In this document: positions 58,630-64,000 of the stretch, piece by piece
Layout: every line of letters begins with the position of its first letter
Numbering within the stretch: the stretch's first letter is position 1
Assembly (NCBI GenBank): GCA_016784445.1
Contig: JADHUR010000001.1
Location: forward strand, 19,464 to 83,463
Direction: 5' to 3'
Length of the DNA: 64,000 bases
DNA from: Patescibacteria group bacterium
GTDB taxonomy: Bacteria > Patescibacteriota > Patescibacteriia > UBA1558
Translations under genes and position numbers: made by a program
The notes under the pieces: model-generated
Told to the model about the DNA's origin: nothing
Databases searched by the model: none
The model's input: only the letters and a program-made list of their open reading frames with translations

Positions 58630-59093
58630 TATCTAACTTTACGATTAAGAAATATCTTATCTGCTTTAATTTTAGCTGATTGCTCTACAAAAAATATATT
58701 AAGTCCTGGAACTGTCCCTAGCCATTTTTTAATTATACCTATAATTTCTTCAATTTTAACAACAGCCTTTTGTAATAGTGTGTTTACTTCACTAGCTGCT
58801 TGTTCGCCAGACTCCTTAAACTTCTTCTGATCGGAAGGATTAAGTTTCATATAATAATCTTCAAGTCCTGCTGCTAAAACATCCTCAATCTGCTTAATCT
58901 GAGGATCTTTAATAACTGGTACTTGTTTTACAATGGGTACTGGCTTGTTAATTACCTGTTTAGCAGATGCAGTCTTATCAGATTTATCCTCTGCTACTTT
59001 CTCAGTTTTTACTTCCGTCTTAGCCTCAGGCTTTATCTCTTGAGACTGATCTGGGCTATTTGGTTGCTCTAAATTTATGAATTCATTTTCCAT
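58629..59093 (-). CDS. Hypothetical protein coupled to the ATPase
   Basis: IEDVLAAGL...FKESGE...WL..VPGLN.FF.EQSAKIKAD; stop overlaps the ATPase start; start moved to MENEF. Confidence 0.75.
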   Translation of the reverse strand: MENEFINLEQPNSPDQSQEIKPEAKTEVKTEKVAEDKSDKTASAKQVINKPVPIVKQVPVIKDPQIKQIEDVLAAGLEDYYMKLNPSDQKKFKESGEQAASEVNTLLQKAVVKIEEIIGIIKKWLGTVPGLNIFFVEQSAKIKADKIFLNRKVR

Positions 59094-59158
59094 GGTTTTA
59101 TTATACCAAAAAAACACAATTTTTTTAAGACTTTGTAAAATTATGTTATAATATATCC

Positions 59159-60085
59159 ATGATAAATGGTATTAGCAAAATTAAGACAAATAGACTTACT
59201 TGGACACACTTCAATAAATTTGATAGTGATGAAGCAGAATACTTAAGGGAGAATTATGATTTTCATCCTTTAGATATTGAAGATTGTCTATCGCCTGCTC
59301 AAAGACCAAAACTAGATGAATATCCTAGCTATATTTTTTTAATACTCACCTTCCCTATATATGTGCCAGAGAATAAGGAAATAGTATCTGCTGAAGTTAA
59401 TTTCTTTATTGGACCTGAATTTGTCATTACAGTAAATAAAGATAAATTATCCCCACTTACAAAATTCTTTGAACAATGTCAGCTCAATGACACAATGAGA
59501 GATAAGTTTATGGAGGGAAATCCAACTAAACTTCTTTATGAAATTTTAAACAGATTACAAGAGTATTGTTTCCCGATGCTAGATCACATTAGTGATGATA
59601 TAGATTATTTAGAAAAAGGTATCTTTGAAGGATATGAAAGAGCGATGGTTGAAAAGATATTAATTGTTAGACGTAATATTGTAAATTTCAGAAAGATAAT
59701 GCAAGCACATAAAAATGTTATCAAAAAGATCATATCAAAAAATACTAAATACTTTATTCCAACAAGTATAGAAACATATTATGCAAATATCTTAGAGCAA
59801 ACAAAAGATATTTGGGATATATTAAATAATCAAAGAGAAACAATTGAAGCCTTACATAGTACTAATGAATCATTAATATCTTTTCGTTTGAATGATATTA
59901 TGAAAATATTAACAGTAATATCCGTTATTATAGTGCCAGCTAATCTTATGGCATCTATCTTTGGTATGAATGCTATCTTTATGCCAATTGTTCAACATAG
60001 ATATGGCTTTTGGATACTATTAGGATTTATGATGATTGTCATGCTAATACTGGCATACTATTTTAGAAAGAAAAAATGGCTATAA
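59159..60085 (+). CDS. corA: CorA-family Mg/Co transporter
   Basis: FHPLDIED, QRPK, MKILT, FGMN. Confidence 0.95.
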   Translation: MINGISKIKTNRLTWTHFNKFDSDEAEYLRENYDFHPLDIEDCLSPAQRPKLDEYPSYIFLILTFPIYVPENKEIVSAEVNFFIGPEFVITVNKDKLSPLTKFFEQCQLNDTMRDKFMEGNPTKLLYEILNRLQEYCFPMLDHISDDIDYLEKGIFEGYERAMVEKILIVRRNIVNFRKIMQAHKNVIKKIISKNTKYFIPTSIETYYANILEQTKDIWDILNNQRETIEALHSTNESLISFRLNDIMKILTVISVIIVPANLMASIFGMNAIFMPIVQHRYGFWILLGFMMIVMLILAYYFRKKKWL

Positions 60086-60169
60086 TCTATATATAGTTTT
60101 TATCAAATACCTCTTTTATAGAGGTTTTTTTAATTGGGCAAAACTCTAAGATTAGTATAAAATATATAT

Positions 60170-61546
60170 ATGAATAAAATATACTTAAGTAATACAATTA
60201 CAAAGAAAAAGGAAGAATTCATACCTATTAAAAAAAATAGGGTTGGTTTCTATTCATGTGGTCCAACAGTATATGCATATCCACATATTGGTAATATGCG
60301 TACATATATCATGAATGACATACTAAAAAGAACTTTTGTGTTCAATGGATATATAGTTAAACATATAATGAATATTACAGATGTTGGTCATTTAACATCT
60401 GATGCAGACTCTGGTGAAGATAAATTAGAAAAAGCAAAGCTTAAAGAAAAGAAATCTGCTTGGGATATTGCCAAATATTATACAGATATTTTTAAAGACT
60501 ATAGCAATCAATTAAATATATTACCCCCTACAAAATATGTACGAGCAACAGATTGTATTAAACAACAAATAAAGCTTGTTAAAATACTAGATAAAAAAGG
60601 ATATATATATAAAACAAAAGACGGCATGTATTTTGATACATCTAAATTAAAAGACTATGGTAAACTTTCTGGTCAAGATTTAAAGAGCCTAAAAGCGGGT
60701 GCTAGAATCGATATGGCAGATAAAAAGAATCCTACAGACTTTTCTGTATGGAAATTCTCTCCAGAAAACTCACAAAGGGATATGGAATGGAAATCTCCTT
60801 GGGGTATAGGCTTTCCTGGTTGGCATTTAGAATGTTCAGTAATATCTACTAAATATTTAAGTCAACCTTTTGACATACATACCGGTGGTATTGAACATAT
60901 TCCTATTCACCATACAAATGAAATTGCACAATCTGAAGCAGCTTATGGTAAAAAGATGGCTAATTATTGGATACACTTTGAACATTTAATTATGCGTGAA
61001 GCTAAAATGTCTAAATCATCCGGTGATAGCATTACTTTAAACAATCTTAAAGAAAAGAACATTAATCCCCTAGCTCTTCGTTATTTAACCTTGCAAACAC
61101 ATTACTCTAAACATTTAGAATTTTCTTGGGACTCTTTAAATGCTGCTTATATAGCATATAATAAACTGGGTAATAAATTATCTACATTTGATAATAATGG
61201 TACTGTTAATATGAAATATATAAATAAGTTTAATAGTGTTATTAATGATGATATAAACACACCTCAAGCGCTTGCTATTATTTGGACTATTATGAAAGAT
61301 GATAATATTAAAGACGAAGACAAGAAAGCTACTATTTACTCAATAGATAATGTACTAGGTCTTAATTTAGAAATGTATGAAGTTCCAGAAATTCCAACAA
61401 ATATTATTGAACTTGCAGATAAAAGATGGCAAGCAAAGAAAAATAAAGAATGGGATATAGCAGATAATCTAAGAAAGGAAATATTTAGTAAAGGTTATAC
61501 AATAAAAGATTTAGCAGATAAATATATAATAATAGCCAATGACTAA
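60170..61546 (+). CDS. cysS: Cysteinyl-tRNA synthetase
   Basis: CGPTVY, HIGN, PGWHLEC, KMSKS. Confidence 0.98.
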   Translation: MNKIYLSNTITKKKEEFIPIKKNRVGFYSCGPTVYAYPHIGNMRTYIMNDILKRTFVFNGYIVKHIMNITDVGHLTSDADSGEDKLEKAKLKEKKSAWDIAKYYTDIFKDYSNQLNILPPTKYVRATDCIKQQIKLVKILDKKGYIYKTKDGMYFDTSKLKDYGKLSGQDLKSLKAGARIDMADKKNPTDFSVWKFSPENSQRDMEWKSPWGIGFPGWHLECSVISTKYLSQPFDIHTGGIEHIPIHHTNEIAQSEAAYGKKMANYWIHFEHLIMREAKMSKSSGDSITLNNLKEKNINPLALRYLTLQTHYSKHLEFSWDSLNAAYIAYNKLGNKLSTFDNNGTVNMKYINKFNSVINDDINTPQALAIIWTIMKDDNIKDEDKKATIYSIDNVLGLNLEMYEVPEIPTNIIELADKRWQAKKNKEWDIADNLRKEIFSKGYTIKDLADKYIIIAND

Positions 61547-62474
61547 TTTTTGGAGTAAATTAAACAAACCAATAATAGCATTGGCCCCCATGGCTGGAAT
61601 TACAGATTCCAGTTTTCGTATTGTATGTAAACAATTTGGAGCAGATGTTTTGTACACAGAAATGGTATCTGCTGCTGGACTTACATTTGAAGGAGCCAAA
61701 ACTCTACGATATTTAAAACACAAAAAGAAAGAAAGACCTGTTGTATTACAACTATTTGGATCTAATCCTAAACAATTTGCAGTCGCTGCTAAAAAGGTTG
61801 AAAAAGCTGGCTTTTCTGGAATAGATATTAACTTTGGTTGTCCTGCAAAAAAAGTTGTTCAAAACCAATCAGGTTGTACTTTAATGGACAATTTAGATAA
61901 TGCATATAATATTATTAAAGCTACTTGTGATGCTACTTCCCTACCTGTTTCTATTAAACTAAGGAGAAGTAAAGGAAAGACCACTGCATCAATGCTTATT
62001 GAAAAAGTAAAAGACTTACCTATTAAAGCTATTATGATTCATGGTAGAAGTTTTGAACAAGCTTTTGCAGGAGATCCTGAATGGGATGAGATTATAAAAG
62101 TTAGAAAAATATATAAAGGTATACTACTTGCTAATGGTGGAATATATAGCCCAGAAGATGCTAAGAAAGTATTAGCAATAACTGGAGCAGATGGCATTGG
62201 CCTTGCTCAAGGTGTTTGGGGTAGTCCATGGTTATTTAAACAAGTTAAAGATTATCTAAAGAAAGATAAATATACGAATCTTAATTGGAAACAAATAAAA
62301 AAAGTTATCCTGAAACATGCAAAACTTTCTGTTAAGGATAAAGATAATCTTATTGAATTACGTAAGCATTTACTTTGGTATGTTAAAGGTCATAAACAAG
62401 CAAAAGAATTAAAAAAAGAGTTAATACATATTACAACTCTTAAAGATATTAAATCTATTTTGAAGAAATACTAA
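61539..62474 (+). CDS. dus: tRNA-dihydrouridine synthase
   Basis: LAPMAG, DINFGCP, HGR, ANGGI. Confidence 0.96.
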   Translation: MTNFWSKLNKPIIALAPMAGITDSSFRIVCKQFGADVLYTEMVSAAGLTFEGAKTLRYLKHKKKERPVVLQLFGSNPKQFAVAAKKVEKAGFSGIDINFGCPAKKVVQNQSGCTLMDNLDNAYNIIKATCDATSLPVSIKLRRSKGKTTASMLIEKVKDLPIKAIMIHGRSFEQAFAGDPEWDEIIKVRKIYKGILLANGGIYSPEDAKKVLAITGADGIGLAQGVWGSPWLFKQVKDYLKKDKYTNLNWKQIKKVILKHAKLSVKDKDNLIELRKHLLWYVKGHKQAKELKKELIHITTLKDIKSILKKY

Positions 62475-63053
62475 TTATTCAGACTCTTCTTCTGCCTCAA
62501 GCTGTTTTTTAGACGGTTTTTTTATTAAACCTAAAGTGAGAATAGGTGCTACTATCCAAAAGAATTGAGCACCCTCTGATACAAATACAGATTTTGTAAA
62601 GAAAGATAAATACTCTACTAAATAAGCCGGTAAAAAAGATAAGGTTAATGATATTAACAAGCCTGTATATAATAAAGACAGGGCCATTATTTGCCATGAA
62701 GGCGTATATTGAGAAGAACCTCTCATATATCTCAATAAAGCTGACTTGTTTAAAAATGTAAATAGACCAATAAATACAGATAAAAATACTGCAATTTTTA
62801 CAGCAAATAATTTATCTATCCAATTACTAGAAAATATATTCTCTAAATACGGTAATGTATTAACAACTGCAAGTGAAATATATATTGAAAATAATAATAC
62901 GATAACTCTTCTTCTTCCAAAGGACATACTAAATACCACAGCAGCTACAATAAAAAAAAGTATCAACATAATATCCCAGCTGGGTGATGCCCAACCGAGC
63001 GTTGATACTTCTTCTGTAAGCTGTGTAGTTGCTATATTTAATCCTTCACTCAT
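62475..63053 (-). CDS. Polytopic membrane protein
   Basis: About 5 TMs; TGCTATAAT 6 nt upstream of ATG. Confidence 0.7.
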   Translation of the reverse strand: MSEGLNIATTQLTEEVSTLGWASPSWDIMLILFFIVAAVVFSMSFGRRRVIVLLFSIYISLAVVNTLPYLENIFSSNWIDKLFAVKIAVFLSVFIGLFTFLNKSALLRYMRGSSQYTPSWQIMALSLLYTGLLISLTLSFLPAYLVEYLSFFTKSVFVSEGAQFFWIVAPILTLGLIKKPSKKQLEAEEESE

Positions 63054-63077
63054 GACTATATTATAGCACAGCTATAT

Positions 63078-64000
63078 TTATAACCCTTCTTTTTGTAATT
63101 TCTCAAGTAATTTCTTTTGATCGCGTGTTAGTTTATTTGGTATTGATATATCTACCTCAACATATAAATTACCATAACCTCTACCGCCTAATTTTGGCAT
63201 TCCTTTACCTCGAATAATAAACTGTTTACCAGATTTTGTTCCTGCTGGTATTTTTAATTTAACTTCATTCTCTACAGTTTGTACAGCAACTTTATCTCCA
63301 AGAGTTGCTTGAGTAATACTGATAGGAATTGTTACAAACAGATTCTCTCCTTCTCTTTTGAATTTATTGGATGGAGATACTCTTAAACTAATATATAAAT
63401 CCCCTGCAGCTGCACCTTTACTACCGGCCTCACCTTTACCAGACATCTTCAAGCTTTGATCATTGCCAATACCTGCAGGTATTTTAACCTTAATTTGCTC
63501 AATACCTTCAGATAAACCTTGCCCATTACATTTAGTACATTTCTGCGATGGTGTTTCTCCCTCACCATCACAATCTGAACACATGCCGACAGTAGCCATT
63601 TGTCCAAATATACTATTTCGTACTTGTCTTATTTTTCCTGAACCATTACAAGTTTTACACTTATCTATCTTCGCTCCTGGCTCAGCTCCATCACCCTTGC
63701 AGTGTTCACAGACAATAGCTTTTCTAAGTTGAATAGTTTTCTCAGCTCCATAATAAGAATCATCAAAAGATATATTCATACTTGATTCAATATCCCTACC
63801 TCTTTGTGGCCCAGATTTTCGCCTACTACCACCAAATATATCGCCAAAGCCACCCCCAAACATATCACTTAAATCATCCATATTAATACCACCTGAAAAT
63901 CCTTGACTACCACCAAAACCACCTTGCCCATTATTAGCACGAGCACCATCAAAACCAAAAGGACCAGATGATCCAAATTGATCATATTGATGACGCTTAT
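63078..64000 (-). CDS. dnaJ: Chaperone DnaJ (5' part outside the window)
   Basis: KRHQYDQFG + G/F region in frame upstream of the listed ORF; four CxxCxGxG; KIPAG. Confidence 0.97.
   Translation of the reverse strand, partial: KRHQYDQFGSSGPFGFDGARANNGQGGFGGSQGFSGGINMDDLSDMFGGGFGDIFGGSRRKSGPQRGRDIESSMNISFDDSYYGAEKTIQLRKAIVCEHCKGDGAEPGAKIDKCKTCNGSGKIRQVRNSIFGQMATVGMCSDCDGEGETPSQKCTKCNGQGLSEGIEQIKVKIPAGIGNDQSLKMSGKGEAGSKGAAAGDLYISLRVSPSNKFKREGENLFVTIPISITQATLGDKVAVQTVENEVKLKIPAGTKSGKQFIIRGKGMPKLGGRGYGNLYVEVDISIPNKLTRDQKKLLEKLQKEGL

Noticed and set aside
3660-63732. Many ORF-track entries antisense to or overlapping real genes (e.g. 3660-3956, 8036-8416, 9507-9737, 9876-10109, 18120-18461, 27984-28550, 48616-48960, 62746-63066)
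   Set aside because: Shadow frames of well-supported genes, with Ser/Ile/Leu-rich composition and no expression signals.
1-64000. Alternative genetic code (TGA=Gly) for the genome
   Set aside because: Long conserved genes are uninterrupted in code 11, and TGA serves as the stop in ATGA overlaps (e.g. 39797, 46028, 51354).

Overview
AT-rich bacterial chromosomal segment in the standard genetic code. Gene content and style point to a Patescibacteria/CPR (Parcubacteria-like) genome; this is an inference. Most genes lie on the minus strand. Core content: rarA, a MacAB-like ABC exporter, a reduced dcw cluster (mraZ-rsmH-ftsL-ftsI-murF), rplJ-rplL with an L10 leader, mltG, pcm, uppP, a long tightly packed run (dead asparaginase-like gene, NDT-fold/RHH regulator, group 3b-like NiFe hydrogenase with minimal hypA/hypC, a 1505-aa repeat protein, pgk, eno, two gpmI), tRNA-Glu(CTC), tRNA-Gln(CTG) with a 1-kb islet integrated at its 3' end, dnaX, a VirB4/TraG-like ATPase, corA, cysS, dus and dnaJ. 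The most striking unexplained pattern is a dispersed set of eight small plus-strand orphan units. Each has its own sigma70-type promoter, a strong Shine-Dalgarno and an intrinsic terminator, often with a boxA-like leader motif or a 5' hairpin. By contrast, the core genes I checked have no Shine-Dalgarno and many look leaderless. Several units encode Cys-rich miniproteins or distant paralog pairs, and two are broken (one frameshift, one in-frame TGA). All product calls come from motif recognition by eye, not from database searches.
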